64,000 nucleotides of DNA from Vicugna vicugna (taxonomy: Eukaryota), in NCBI GenBank assembly GCA_013265495.1, contig MU058198.1, positions 4,665,779 through 4,729,778 of the forward strand, given 5' to 3'. Within the stretch, counting starts at the first letter, position 1. Every line of letters begins with the position of its first letter. The position numbers and the translations under genes were made by a program. Shown here in pieces: positions 12,178 to 25,277 of the stretch. The notes under the pieces are model-generated. The model had not been told where the DNA came from, did not search any database, and saw only the letters and a program-made list of their open reading frames with translations.

Positions 12178-14000
12178 GACTTCTGGTTGAAGTTGGCTGT
12201 TTGACCACATGAGTTTATTCCCTCTCTCTTCCAATATTTCAATAAAATTATGGGTTAGAAGTGAAAAGAATGTCTAAATACTCAATGATAAGAAGATAAA
12301 AAGAGAGACGTCAGAGGAATGGTTTCATCAAATTTCTGGAAGATGGATAATATACAAGAATTGAAAATTGACGAAGCAGAATCAAGGAAGCCATAGCCCA
12401 GAGTACCCAGAGTACCCACAGGAAGGAGTTTCAAATGAAGAGGGAGCCAGTATGTCCTTCCATGTATTTAATGGTCTCGGCACTATGAAATATAAGTTAT
12501 AAAAGAGGGTGAGGATTACAACTGTGTGATAGAAAACAAGGTGGTAAATCAAAAGTCTGTATATGAAACAGTCAAGCCCACTTCTCTCAGGAAGGTGTAA
12601 TTCTTGGAAGCCAGGCTTCCATTCCAGTACTTTTTTGAAAAAGAGTATTCTCTTCCAGAGAAACTGGAGGGCTCCAGAGAAATGTCCTGTACATTTTATC
12701 ATTTAGGGGCTCACCAGGTAGGGATTTACCTTCTTCCCCAAACTCGTCTCACTTAGAGCACATTGGCAATTTGAGCAAGGTCCATCCATGCCCCAGGGTC
12801 CTCATCAGGCTTAACTGACTTGCACTCGAGCATGAAGACTCAATGGTCTTCAAGTGGGGGCCCCTCCAACATGGAAGAGAGACATTAAAATGAACACTAT
12901 TCTGGAGGAAACAGGAATCATGCAAAGAACAGGAGGGAACGCCCCCAAATTCTAATGTGTGTTTTAGGAGAAATTTGAGGAAACATTAAAACAAGCATAA
13001 GACACAGTGAAAATTGAATAAATACACACCAGGAAGTTTTCTCCTGGATGGTAAACATACACTGGTCAGAATAGAAAGTAATTCAATAGAAAAGTTGGAA
13101 AATCAGACCTGGGAAATCTCTCAGAAGTAGAACAGGAAAACAAAGACGTGGAAAATACGAGAAAGAAACCCAGAGGATCAGTGGCTGGAGCATCAAACAT
13201 CTGACCAAGAGACAGATGGCGGGGAAAGTATCAAAGAAGTAATGAGGACAGGTGTCCAGAACTGAAGGACTTAATATTCAGATTCAAAGTGTACGCCTAA
13301 TGCCCCGCACAATGAATTAAAACAAAGACAAAATCCCACTTAGTACTTTCCCATGAAATGCTAGAATATCTAGGAAAAAAGGGAATCCATGAAAGCGAAA
13401 AAGAAGGGAAAAAATTTCAAAATGAAAACAAAAAGTCGGCATCATATTACCCATCAGCTACTCTAGACATTAGGAGCTTTTGAGTTTTGGAGCGAAAACC
13501 ATTTCAATTTAGGGTTCCGTACATAGCTAAAGTATCAATAAATAGGATGGGAGAATAAAGACATTATCAGACATGCAGGCCCCAAGAGGGACTTTCCAGG
13601 GAAACAGGAGGACTTAATAGAATATTAAATTTGTAGGTGAGGTTGAGCAAAATTTAAAATATGCCTAGAGTCCAAAAAAATAAAAATTGAATCCCAGGCA
13701 AAAAGTCATACGAGAAAGAACATTTAATCGTAGAGAGTAATGGCTGTGTTGTGAACCACGTTTAAACAGTCATAATAATGAAATCACTATTGATTTTCAA
13801 TTTTCAGAATCAACCTACTGGTAAAGTTCAGAGGACTAATTACCATTTTAGAACCAAATGTATGTATTATAAATTTGACCTTGTGAAAGTTAACAATTTA
13901 GAAGTTGGGAGGTAGAGACCGAAAGCAGAACTGACATTGTACCTATATTCTCACAGTAAGACGTAGGAAGTAAAAACACACTGTTCTGATGGAAGAAAAA
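12178..14000 (+). mobile_element. HAL1 (half-L1)-type element, near full length, decayed
   Basis: gacttctggtt 5' start, ORF1-like block at 13080-13580 (aataaagacattatcagacatgcagg), HAL1b-like tail with no ORF2. Confidence 0.7.
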
Positions 14001-14769
14001 GCGTAAAGGTTTTAAAAAATGGTTTTAAAAAATTAACGAACAAGATGACACGCAATTTCGCATTTTCTGGTTCTTGTTTTCAGTTAGAATTATTTTGGCA
14101 GAAATAAAAGATTCATTTTTGCAATTGAAGGGAACTTTCATGAAAGAAGACTTTAGCTTCTGATGTTATTATTAAGTGAAGATTTTGATTTGTCATCGTG
14201 AAAGCCATCACATGTGATTTTAACTGTCACGGGCTAATGCAAAAATTAGAGAGGTGAGCATAATAGGTAAAGGATGCCATGGTATCAAGCAGAGGCTGAG
14301 TAACAGCATCACGAGCTGAGCAAAAATAAGATTTGCAGTTAGTTCACACCAGAAATCAGAGGGGCATTGCTAAAATGAAAAGAAACTTGGCTACAGTAAT
14401 TTATATCCTGTTCACTTCATGGGTGCTGATTTACCAGAATATTAAACATCTAATGTTTACCATCACATTCAACTGACGTTAAAAAATTAACTTTATTAGT
14501 TTTGTGGTTTTGCTACGTTTCATGTGCATTTTTTTTTTAAAGTTGTGTAACAGGAAAGCATTTTAGCTTCATTTGGAGGACCAAGGAGAGACACATGTGG
14601 ATGGCAATGGGGCCACATTTCCCTCCTCCTGTCCTGTCTGCTTATGTAACAACGAGTTGGTTCAGTGGGTCCGAATTAGCTCATTGGCAGAGCCAGTTGA
14701 GACCAGAGCTGGGCTGCTCCCTCCCAGCAAGGTCAGTTCTTTAACTGAAAGCTCCTCTGTTACGTAGTC

Positions 14770-14930
14770 ACCTAGATCCTTGCCACCCATAGCGTGATCT
14801 GTAGACCTGCAGCTTTGGCGTCCCCTAGGGGGTTTTAAGAAATGCAGAATCTTGGGCCTCACCCCAGACCTACTGAATGAGATCCCCGGCTGATTCACAG
14901 CCGCATGAATGTCTGGAAGGCGTGGACCCA
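14770..14930. mobile_element. MER5A (hAT-Charlie)
   Basis: agaaatgcagaatcttgggcctcaccccagacctactgaat. Confidence 0.8.
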
Positions 14931-15691
14931 GCCCTTTCCCTCTTGCCGTGGACAAGTAGAGAAGCAGCGTACATCTCTAGGGACTCCTCACCCACGGTGC
15001 TTCCAGCCTGAGCCTCATCCCTGTTGAGGACTCTCAGAGCTCAGGCGACCCTGGGTGCTCTGGCACGTGTCTACTAATGTCTCTTAAACTCTCTAGCAGT
15101 GGGTGTGCCCTGAGCCCCCCTTTCCCAGCACTTGGTGGAAGTGTGTTGTTTTCATCTGCCCACGTTCCACATCTTTAAATCAGAACCGTGACAATGCGGT
15201 CCTCATACAGTTGTGAGGCTTACATGGAATAGTCCATATAAAGCCCTCGCTGCACAGAGTAACATCTCAATAAATGTGGTTATAATTATGAGCTATTATC
15301 AAAGAGTCCCGAGTGATAATGTTCAGCAGGAAAAAGCTTATATGTTAATAGTCTCCAGCCTCTGCTGTCATCAGGTTCATTTCCCTCATCAATAGCTCAT
15401 TACTTGATTGTCAAGTCACAGACGCTATAAGCCACACACCATCAAGCCGGATAAGAGCAATCATTGCAGGTCTTGTGTGTTAAGCATTACATAGCCGGTA
15501 CCCCTCTGCCCCTGAGGGGGGTCTGTCCGCTGGAGATGGTGGTGGTGAGAAGCGAAACCTCAGTGGGAAGACTGTCTCTCTTACCCTCACAGCCCAGTTC
15601 CATTTGTCTCATGTGCGTCTAAGCCGTCCCGCCCTGGGTCCCAGAGTTTTACAAAGTCAAAATGGCTCCTTTTTATCCTTCTTTTACTCAG

Positions 15692-15969
15692 TTCTTTTTT
15701 TTTAATTTTTTATTGTATTTTCTATTGACATGTAGTTGATTTACAATGTTAGTTTCAGGTGTACAGCGAAGCGATTCGGTTTACATATACATACACGTCA
15801 TTTTTCTTTTCAGATTCTTTTCCATTATCAGTTATTATAAGAAATTGAATATAGTTCCCTGTGCTACACAGTAGGTCTTTGTTGTTTATCTGTTTTATAC
15901 ATAGTAATGTGTATCTGTCAATCCCAAACTCTTAATTTATTCCTACCCCACCCTTTCCCCTTTGGTAAC
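15692..15969 (-). mobile_element. Short 5'-truncated camelid-type L1 3' end
   Basis: Poly(T) followed by the same 3' UTR as 3101-3400. Confidence 0.85.
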
Positions 15970-16964
15970 AATTCTTCTTCCTTCGCTCATTTCTTGATGC
16001 ACTGTCTTCTCCTTAACAGAGTCAGGCATGTGCCCACAGGTGCTGTGCCAGAGCGCACGTCTCACCAGCTGTGCTGGGAAAGACCTTTTCCCTACTCCCA
16101 CCTCCCGCTCTCAGCTTGGAGCATTGTAACTGAACGAAACCCTTTGCCCTGAGACCCCCTTCCTAAGATGACCCCATTCCCAGATGGAGCCTCAGTCCCC
16201 CAGACAGGCTTCCAGAAGACCCTGTCTATCTGACTACAAACACCTCCTCATCTTGCTTGAATCGAGGTGTGATTGGGGTTACTACCCTTATGGGATCTGC
16301 CTTTGAAATGACCAGTTCCACTGAGGGGACACATGGGGAGGTATGAACGTGATTTTTTTAATTTTGAAAGACTACAGTGTGAAAGTGAGATTTGACATAT
16401 ACTCAGGAGGGCATTCCCGGGGCAAATGGGCAGGAAATAACAGAAGGAAGAGAAACTACAGCTAGGACCCTCCTACTTCCTATGTGAAAGGGGCAGTAGG
16501 CTGGCCCATGTCCTCACACATAGTTCCCGAAACAAGTATTTGTTGAACGGATGAGACTGTGGCTTGCACAGGCCAAGTAACCAAGCTGTGATGAACTTGT
16601 ATTTGTTTTACTCCAAAATCCACATGCTTTCCATTACATTATATGGCTTCATGTTACGGAATCAGCTGATGGGGGCAGTAAATTCCCTGTGACGGAGAAG
16701 ATTCAAGCAGAGACTGGGGGCTGGAAGACATGGCCAGCCATCCCCAGGCCTGAAATGACGTCAAGAGCACCCAGGGATCAGAGCCTGGGGGAGTTTCTAG
16801 AGCGACACCGTAAAGCAAGTGGTCTGAAAGAAGGTCATCAGTTGAAACAAGGCGAGAGAATAAGGAAGAACCAAAATATGACACTGGAAGTAGCCAGAAG
16901 CACGGCAAGCTGATACATTGTGAGATGTATTGCAGAACAGATGAAGGAAGACCCGGAACTGAAA

Positions 16965-17200
16965 ACTGGCCATACATAGGTTAAAATCTGCCCATAAACA
17001 CGGTCTGTTTGGTCTTCAAGCATTAGTTCCTTTTTGGCTCATTGCCAACATCCAAAAATTGGTAGATTTTTACCTACAAATCCAGATTTCAAAACTTCTC
17101 TTGAAAAGTGGGACAATCTGGCCATCCTGGGCCCACATTTCTGCACAGCAACAGCTGAGTGGTGATTGGTTCTATAAGCAGGGCACGTGCCCTCTGATTC
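16965..17200 (+). mobile_element. MER102-like hAT-Charlie element
   Basis: aaatccagatttcaaaacttctcttgaaaa...tctggccatcctgggcccacatt. Confidence 0.65.
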
Positions 17201-19384
17201 GTAGGCTGCCATCACCTTATATTGCCTTATATCTTTCTATTATTATTTGTTTGCATTATCTACTTAGACTCTTAAAATAACCTAAACAATCTATGTTTTC
17301 CGCTGCCAAGTTGAAGTTCAGCTTCGAAGGAGATAGGCTGTGTTTGGGGCACATCTCACAGACTCACAGATTGAAGCATCACTATACAGAGAGTCTGAAA
17401 GAAGAGTCATTAGGATGTTTGCACTGATACAAAATGATGACTAAGTAGCATGTACAAGCATGCTTCGAACAGTAAGTCATGCCAGTCACTAAGGGATGGA
17501 GAAGTGGGTTAGTTAAAACAGAAGAAACCAAGATAGGCAGGAAGTAGGGCATACACATTCCTAGCCACCACTGCCTAAGGACAGCATCAGTATCCTAGTG
17601 AGAAGACCCCATACCTGTCATTAAAGTTGTGCTTTAGATAGTCTTGATTTTTACGGGGGGTTGAGAGAGAAGAATGATGGAGAAAGAAGTTGGGTGTTGA
17701 ATTGCATGAGATGTTTTCTACAGCATGGATTTGGTTATTTCTGACTAGTTGTTTTATTGTTTTTATCAAACCGATTAAAGAAGAAACAGTCCAGGTTTTG
17801 GTAAGTGAGGTGCCCAAGCCAACCTAGTGACCAGATAGGCTGAGAAGCAGCTCCTAAATCAATGGAGGTTCTTTGCTTACAAGCAGTAAAAGTTGACACC
17901 AGGAAACCAAAACAGAAGAGGGTTTTATTGGAAGTATATTGGGTACTCATGGCACTGATGAGGAGGCTGGGAAAAGGGATATAGATATAGGTAAGCACCC
18001 AGGAGTCCCTGTGGATGGAAATGTGAGTGATTCTGGGGGTCCAAGAATGAGAAATTTCCCCTACATCTCTCGAGAATGTCAGGCTGAAATAGATGAGTCC
18101 AATCATTGTTAGCTGCTGAGGCATTTTGTATAAGAGCCTGATTCCAGGGAAGTAGCTTGACAATTAGCCCCACTAGGCCAATTGTACACTAGCATGTAAA
18201 CTCCATAAAGTGAGACGTAGGAAGACACTATTAATTAGCAATCTAGGTTTTCAGCACCAAGGTCAGGGTTTGAAAGAAACTAGATGCTCGGTGAATATTT
18301 GTGAAATGAATCAATGAAGGAATGACAGAATGTTTTCACCCTTTGACTAGGGTAAGGTAAGAGCATCTGAAAAAATAGTCCCTAAGCTGAAAGCCAGTGA
18401 GGGACAGAGAATTTTCCAAAAAAGAAGAGAAAATCAGGGTGATATTATCAAGAGACAATTGAATAGGTGCTGGACAGCCAATAGGGTGGGGATACATAGA
18501 GAGATGCTTTTAATTTCCCAGCAAGGTTTACATAACAAACATGGAAAACATCAAATCTCTCCCATTGTTTCATATTTCAACATAGTAACAACAACAAAAA
18601 AATCAGGGTCAAATGTATGTATCTAAATCCATCCTTGTTCTGTACACACCCAGTGGCAGCCAGATCTGGGGAACTATTGACAGGTGATCTGAAGTCCCAT
18701 GTCCCCTCTGTTCTGCTTCTGACAGAGAAGGCCACATGCTAGTGCCAGCCCTGCCCCGAGTGAGCTCCCTGAGATGCAGGCACATCTCCTCCAAGAACAT
18801 GCCATATGTACAAGAGGCTGTTCCAAGGAGAAGCACATTTGCACATCCCACTCAAAGCGGGAATGGAAAGGATGGGTGTGAGGAGCCACGGAGTTTCTGC
18901 TCTTCCTCTGAGGTACTTTAGGAAGGAGCACATGACTCCTTTCAAAGGATCAAGGAAAGAATACCACGTGGGGCGTGGGAAATGGTCAGGAAGGCTCGGA
19001 TAACGAAGCAGCACTAGGGTTAATAATGAAGCAGTGTAGCTTTCTTAAGTTGATTCAGCTGTTTATTGTTATTAGGCCCCAACACACTCAATGCACCAGC
19101 TGGCCATATATAATTCAGCTCTTAATTGTAAGTTGTCTTGTGAGGTCCTCAGAATGCTTCATGTGGGAGCTTCATTTCAACAGCTGGAGCACAGGACTCT
19201 CTAGTCCTTCGGAACATTCAGCAAAATGGGTTCGCTTTCCAGCCCCTGTTTCAGCTGTAAGTTGGTGACCTCCATGTACTTCTACTACTTGCGTTGGAAG
19301 CATGGATGCTGAGTATTGGGATGAACATGTTTGGAGAAGAGGGAAGAGAGCAGAGAGATCTGAGGTCCGGTGGACCTAATCTGA

Positions 19385-19600
19385 TTCTATACCTTGTTTT
19401 CCGGCTTGCCTAGGATTAGCTTTTTAAAAATATTTTTTGCAAATTCTATAAAAATTGGGAAACTTTCCATACAAATCTGGATTTCTAATTTGTCCTGGAG
19501 GCATGTAAAGTCTTGTGATAGCAGGCCGGCTGTCCCACGAGGGAGTGGAAATGGAGCTGACCTGAGTAGTGGTGGCTCCTTTTGGACGGAACTCAGCTTG
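19385..19600 (+). mobile_element. MER102-like hAT-Charlie element
   Basis: aaaattgggaaactttccatacaaatctggatttcta...ctgagtagtggtggctcc. Confidence 0.55.
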
Positions 19601-19613
19601 GTCATAACACAAG

Positions 19614-19615
<2 letters not shown>

Positions 19616-19644
<29 letters not shown>
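19616..19644. repeat. (GT)n microsatellite
   Basis: Direct reading. Confidence 0.95.
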
Positions 19645-19721
19645 GTGCTAGGCTGGCTATCTAGACATACGAGTTTGCGACTCCAGCTCTCCATCTTTAT
19701 TCCTAATTGGGTGTGCTCTAG

Positions 19722-19760
19722 GTCTTAAATTACTAAAAGTCTTAAATTACTAAAAGTCTT
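19722..19760. repeat. 17-bp tandem duplication GTCTTAAATTACTAAAA x2.3
   Basis: Direct reading. Confidence 0.85.
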
Positions 19761-20334
19761 TTCTCTGCCTTTTTGGATGTGGCTAATGACTATTATGGGA
19801 TATGTTAGAAGTTGATTAATGACCTGGGAGCAGGCTAGGAAGGTGCTGCACTGTGGGGCCAGGTCTGTATATGCCTTGGGGCACATTAGTCACAATCTGA
19901 GTTCATCTTGACACCTCTCATATTCTGCTTTCAAGTTTTTGAGCAGGAATGTGGCTTGTGGGTAAGGCCTAAATCACTTCCTTACATGATGCATCAGATC
20001 AAGAAAGGCCCGGAATGCCATGCTGAGGGTTTATATATGGACAATGTGTTTGAAAACACCAAAGCACTCCCATGTTCTTTCCCCCAGAGCGGTATCACTG
20101 CACACGGTGCAGGACTGTGTCATGCCGGCCACTGTGTTTAGAGTCAGCTGCTCCCCACTGATGTCCAGCAGAGCCATGTGGGGTGGCTCAGAACTCCAGG
20201 GGTCCATGATCCACAGAAGGACCTTCAATTTTTTTTTTAAGTTTGGACTTTCCTATCTTTTGGCCCATCATCTTCTCTTCTGTGAATTTATGTCACAGAT
20301 ATTGGCATATGAGCACCATGACATGTGCATGACC

Positions 20335-20725
20335 TATTTGTGGCAACCCTTTGACTAACTGGAGACTGAAAACAATCTAAGGGCCTGTCAAAGCTGAACT
20401 ATGGTGTTTATCCACCCAGTTGAATACTGTGCTGCTCTGAAAAGACTTAGATGTCTATGACTTACATAGAATGATCTCCAAAGTATATTTTAAATGGCAA
20501 AGTATTGTTTAGTATTTTTACTGGGTTTCCATTCATTTCAAAAAATGTACACTCACTTCTTCCTATATAAGGTGGCATAGTTTTAGGAGGTTAAGACTTC
20601 TGGGGAGAGAGCCTGGGGCGCAAGGGTTGAGAGAGAGATGTACTTTCATTGTATGTCCTTCTGTATTGCTTGCTTGCTTACTTTTCCATGTTATATATTG
20701 GTTTTTTTTCCAATAATAAAATCCA
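20335..20725 (+). mobile_element. L1ME-type 3' end
   Basis: gaaaacaatctaa...actatggtgtttatccac...gaatactgtgc...atgatctccaaagtatatt. Confidence 0.65.
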
Positions 20726-21289
20726 GTTGTGTGATTGTGTACACTTAATTTTGAGCTACATTCCTCCTAGAGATGGCTTTGTTCCTTTTAGGAAAATGTC
20801 TATGTTGCACAGTACAGTCTTCTAGAAGAAATCACCAGCCCTGCCGGCCGGCAGAACAGAGCAGGTTGTCCTGGGCTCCTGCCGAGAGCTCGGGGTGGCG
20901 TTTTCTTGGAATTTCAGGGTGAGAACAGCTCTCAGGTACTACGTGGTGCCTTGTGGAGCTGCTTGGACAGTGGGTTAAGACGGCACAGAGCCAGATAGCA
21001 ATTCGGTGCTACTCTCTGCATCTCGCTCTGCTGTGACAGCTACTGCCTGACACTGTCTCCTTCCACGTAGCAAATAGACATGACACGATTTGTCTTTCCC
21101 ACCCTGGGGGCATTTCAGGAAATAAACAGTGGAAATGAAACTCCGACTACTTTGGAGGACTGTGTTTTCCCTTGCAAGTCCCAAAGGACAGGGAATGAGA
21201 AATCTCTTGCCTCAATACCTGGGATATACGGGAAAGGGTGACTGGGACCACGTTTGAGATCCATGAAGGACTGGCAAGGGGATTATAGA

Positions 21290-21840
21290 AGATAAATTGC
21301 TCTGCAAGCAACAGGGGAAAAGAAATTCAGGGGAAAGGTAGACAAGCATCCTAGAATCTGATGCATTCGAGGAGCCACGAGCAGCTCAGAGTGGCTGGGA
21401 CACGGGCTGAAAGGAGAGAAGCCGCGGGGCTGCAACTGGAAAGTTCTGTAGGGAGTTTAGAGTTTAGTCTAGAAAAAAGATGGATTCTCAAGAGGATTTT
21501 TTTATATAAGAGAATAATGATCTAATTTTATTTGACAAAGATAGCTAGCAGACGTAAGTGTATAGTTCCTAGAACAAATTCCTCCTGGCTAGAACCAGCA
21601 GAGAGGCAATCATTGTAATAATGCTTTCTAGTTCCGGGTGATAAATCCTAAAGGCAGGCAGTGACAGGAGGGATGTGGTGGTGAAGGAAGATCTGAAAGG
21701 GGTTTGTGGAGTAAAATCCCAGAGCTTGGAGGGCGACTAAATGAAGCAGTAGAAGGAACGTCAACCATGACTCTTGAGTGTCTGGCTTACAGAGAACAGT
21801 GACTTCGCTCCAGGAGACAGAGCACACAGCTGGAAGAATA
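21290..21840 (-). mobile_element. L2 LINE fragment
   Basis: Purine-rich antisense L2 pattern (gagtttagagtttagtct...gtcaaccatgactcttgagtgtctggctt). Confidence 0.55.
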
Positions 21841-22230
21841 GTATTTTACCCTGAAGTTTGAAATCTCTGTGTTTTGCCCATAATAAGTGTTGTCTGTGAG
21901 TGAATGCCCTCTGATTGCATGAATTTACTTGACCAAACATTTGTTAAATCCTCATGCTGGGACCTGGAACAGGGGTTGTGTAAGGTGTGAAGGTCAAAAA
22001 AGTTTTTGCAGTGGATTATTTTTAGATCTCTCTCCCTCTCTTCCAACAGAACCTGCAAAGATATTTCCTCCCTTTAAAAGAACCAGGAAAGCACCCATGG
22101 CAATTAAAAAGAAATAGCACCATTGTTCTATGAAGATCAATTTCAAGCCCTACCATTTCAGGGCATCCTCTGCCCGCCGTGCACCAGTGCAATGTCCCTT
22201 CTACCTCACTGGCAAGAACTTGGGGCTTAC

Positions 22231-22314
22231 CCAGGAAAGACAGCAAGGAAATGACTAAATTACGAGCAAAATCATTCATCAAAGACTGAGCAAGGCCAGC
22301 AAGGATCATAGTTG
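22231..22314 (-). pseudogene. Candidate exon, 84 bp, phase 1->1, open (TMILAGLAQSLMNDFARNLVISLLSFL)
   Basis: cctcccactcag acceptor, TGG|gtaagc donor; amphipathic-helix-like peptide. Confidence 0.4.
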
Positions 22315-22849
22315 CTGAGTGGGAGGATACTTTCACTTTGTAGCAAGCAGCTCAGACCCAAGGGGAATGGGCAAACCTTCGGAATTGCTGGGAGGGACAA
22401 AGTGAGACAGTGGGAGATCAATCCTCAGTGGCAGGCTGGCTTCCCTGGCCGCCTCACCTCGAGTGAGTTCTGCTCAGTGACACCCTGGCTGGGTGACTCG
22501 GCTCTATTGGGATGTGACTGTCGTGCTATCTTGGGGAGGGCAATTCCTTGTCTTGACAGTTTCCTGGAATCTGCTGGAATTTCTTTTTCCTCAAGTGGGA
22601 TTTAACAAGCTGGGGAGGTTTTCGCTCTGTTGCTTTTTCTGCCACTCTTTTCTTGTTCAGGTGCCAGCAGGCCCTCGTCCTTCTAGGATTCCAAGCTGTA
22701 GCTTCTCGGAAGGCTGATGTAATGGTTCTCAGCCTCAGAATAGAAGACCCACTTTCTGATAGATCTCTCCGTTGTATGTTCACCTTGCTGACTCTTCTCT
22801 CCTGTCTGAGCAACCCTTGGAAAGACCTACCAGCACCTGTCAACATCTT

Positions 22850-23590
22850 CCCCATGAAGATCTCTCCTCGGTCCTCTTTCTTCTTGCCTATTCACTCTCT
22901 GCTTGAGCTGCCCTATTAAATTGTATGTTTTCAGATAATGGATCTATATAAAGAGATGCCATAGCACTCATTTCCAGACTCAACTTCTTGCCTGAATTCT
23001 GGCCCAGCATTCACTCATTCACTCAGAAAGTGTTCATTGACCATCTACACTGTGCCAGGCTCTGTGGTAGGCACCTGGCGTTTAACAGACACACGCAGTC
23101 AGACTGCATGGATCCCTCGTCCTCGCTTTTCTAGCTGTCTGTTAGATGTTTAGACTTGCATGTGCCTCAGCCTGTCCCGGTCTGGATATATTATCTTTGC
23201 CCATCCAACCTGTCCATCTGCCTGGGAGACTTCTGTTAAGGGCATCACAGTCTCTTTGTCGTCTGAGGTTGAACCTCATCTTCATTCTTCACTCCGCTCT
23301 CACTTAACCTTGTATCGAATCTGTTGCCCAGCCTTATTGATTCTGCCTCCTAATTTCCCTAATTTGATTCTTCCGTTCCTTGCCCACTTCTGCTGCCTTA
23401 GTTAAGTTCTCATCATTCCGTACCTGCACAGCTTCCTGACTGCTTTAGAGGCTTCTGATCTTTTCTCGCCTCCACTCAAAATGGTTGCAGACATTCTTGT
23501 TACATAATGACCTTCCACAGCTCCCTGCCATCTTGAAATAAAACCCCCACCCATGGTCTCTCAGCTGCATGATCTGCTCCTGGCCTGCCT
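22850..23590 (+). mobile_element. L2 LINE fragment with a nested antisense L2 tail (about 23005-23100)
   Basis: Pyrimidine-rich L2 pattern; cattcactcattcactcag...tgtgccaggctctgtg. Confidence 0.55.
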
Positions 23591-23736
23591 TTCTGAATGT
23601 ATTTGCATTTCAAATACTAAAAAGAGGAGGAGAGGAGAGAGAGAGGAGAGACAGGAGGAAGGGGAGACTCAGGCATCTTGGAACAATGGATTGAGTGTCT
23701 ACAATGTGCGTGTCACTGTGCTAAAGCCTTTATATA

Positions 23737-24112
23737 CAGTAGCCCCCCATCTGTGGGGGATTCTAAGACCCCCAGTGGATGCCTGAACTGGTGGATAGTA
23801 CTGAACTCCGTATGCAAGGGTTTGAACCCTGAACCCAAGCACAGCAAAACTGAGACAGTCCATCTGATAGTTGAGATGTCCATTAAGTGTCTAATGGGCA
23901 GGATGTGCTGGCCAGAGAGCTGATTCCTGTCCCCTCTGGGACAGCGCAGGACAGCATGAGATTTCATCATGCCACTCAGAACAGTGTGCAATTTAAAATT
24001 TTGAATTGTTTATTTCTGGAATTTTCCATTTAGTATTTTCAGACTGCGCTTGCCCACGGGTAACTGAAACCATGGAAAGTGAACCCATGAATTGGTGGTG
24101 GGGTGACCACTG
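23737..24112 (-). mobile_element. MER44-like TcMar-Tigger MITE inserted in a MIR
   Basis: CAGT...ACTG termini with TA TSD; gaattgtttatttctggaattttccatt; gggtaactgaaacc. Confidence 0.85.
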
Positions 24113-24229
24113 TATACCAGGCCATTTAATAATTATCCCCAAGGGGAAGATATTTTTTAATATCCCATTGAAATAGAAGGAAAGTGAAATTCTGAGAGTT
24201 TAGACGACTTATCCAAGGTAAATGAGATA

Positions 24230-24430
24230 ATAGATGATAATAGTTAACAGCTATTGAGAATTTAATATGGGTCAGGCTCTGCCAAGTGCTTTGCCAACAT
24301 TATCTCCATGAGGTAGGTGACCTTAGGATTCCCATTTTACAGATGATGAAACTGGGGCACAGAAAGGTGAGTCACATGCTGGGTCCAAAGCCACCCAGCC
24401 CATATGTGGTGTAGCCAGAACAAACTTTCA
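24230..24430 (-). mobile_element. MIR SINE
   Basis: cccattttacagatgatgaaactggggcacagaaaggt. Confidence 0.75.
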
Positions 24431-24764
24431 ACCAATCTCAAAAAAAAAATTTAAAAAGGCGATTAAATAGAAACTAAATTCTTCTACAGAAGCAGCAGAG
24501 GGAATTCCACTGCAAGATATAAAGAGAAGCCTTTTATAATCCCCTCTCTCCACCTTCCTCCCAGGATGTTACATATCACGAGGGTTGCTAACACCTCATT
24601 TCTCCCCTACCCTCAGACTCCCCCATTGCCATCCCCCCAACCCCGTTCCTTCTTCCATCTCTTTTCTCATGGAAGTAGCTCTGTTGCTTTTAAAATGAAT
24701 ATCCACCAAACCTTTCCTGGTTGTTTCCAGTTCTCTTCTCTATACCAAATGCCCCAAACCAATT

Positions 24765-24890
24765 GTCCACAGGCTGTATTCAGCCACCTGGAGTGGTTTT
24801 GTGTGGCCAACACAATTTAAAAACTAATTCTAGGCAACACTGAAAAATCGGTGGCTTTCACGCTGACTTCCAAATTTCTGGCTTGCCTTT
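24765..24890 (+). mobile_element. MER102-like fragment
   Basis: aaaaatcggtggctttcac...ccaaatttctggctt. Confidence 0.45.
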
Positions 24891-25277
24891 GCCTCATTTC
24901 CAAAAGATGTAATGAGAGTGGGCCTGCATCCCTGTCCGCCGAGACACACACAGTCTCAGATCTGTCTCATCACCTCCGTTCACCCCCATTTTCTCCTCAT
25001 CCCTAAGGCTTGGTTCCAACCATGCTTGTTTCGAGATATTCTTAAAAACAGAAAAGTGAAAGGTAGAGAGAAGACACTGCATGCATTAAGACCCCATGTT
25101 TTACTTTGGACGCAAACAATAATCCTCCATGTTTAAAGATGAGAAAGAAAAAAGGATCAAGGGTCTTTAAAAAAATAATAAATCCCTGGCTTCTTACTCA
25201 TCTACGTAGTCCTGTCAGCACTTGAGTGTATGATCTGTAGATCAGATTGACAGAACAAAAAGACCCTTCTTGCCTAC

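Noticed and set aside
16756..16763. Perfect CRE palindrome TGACGTCA
   Set aside because: A single 8-mer with no promoter context
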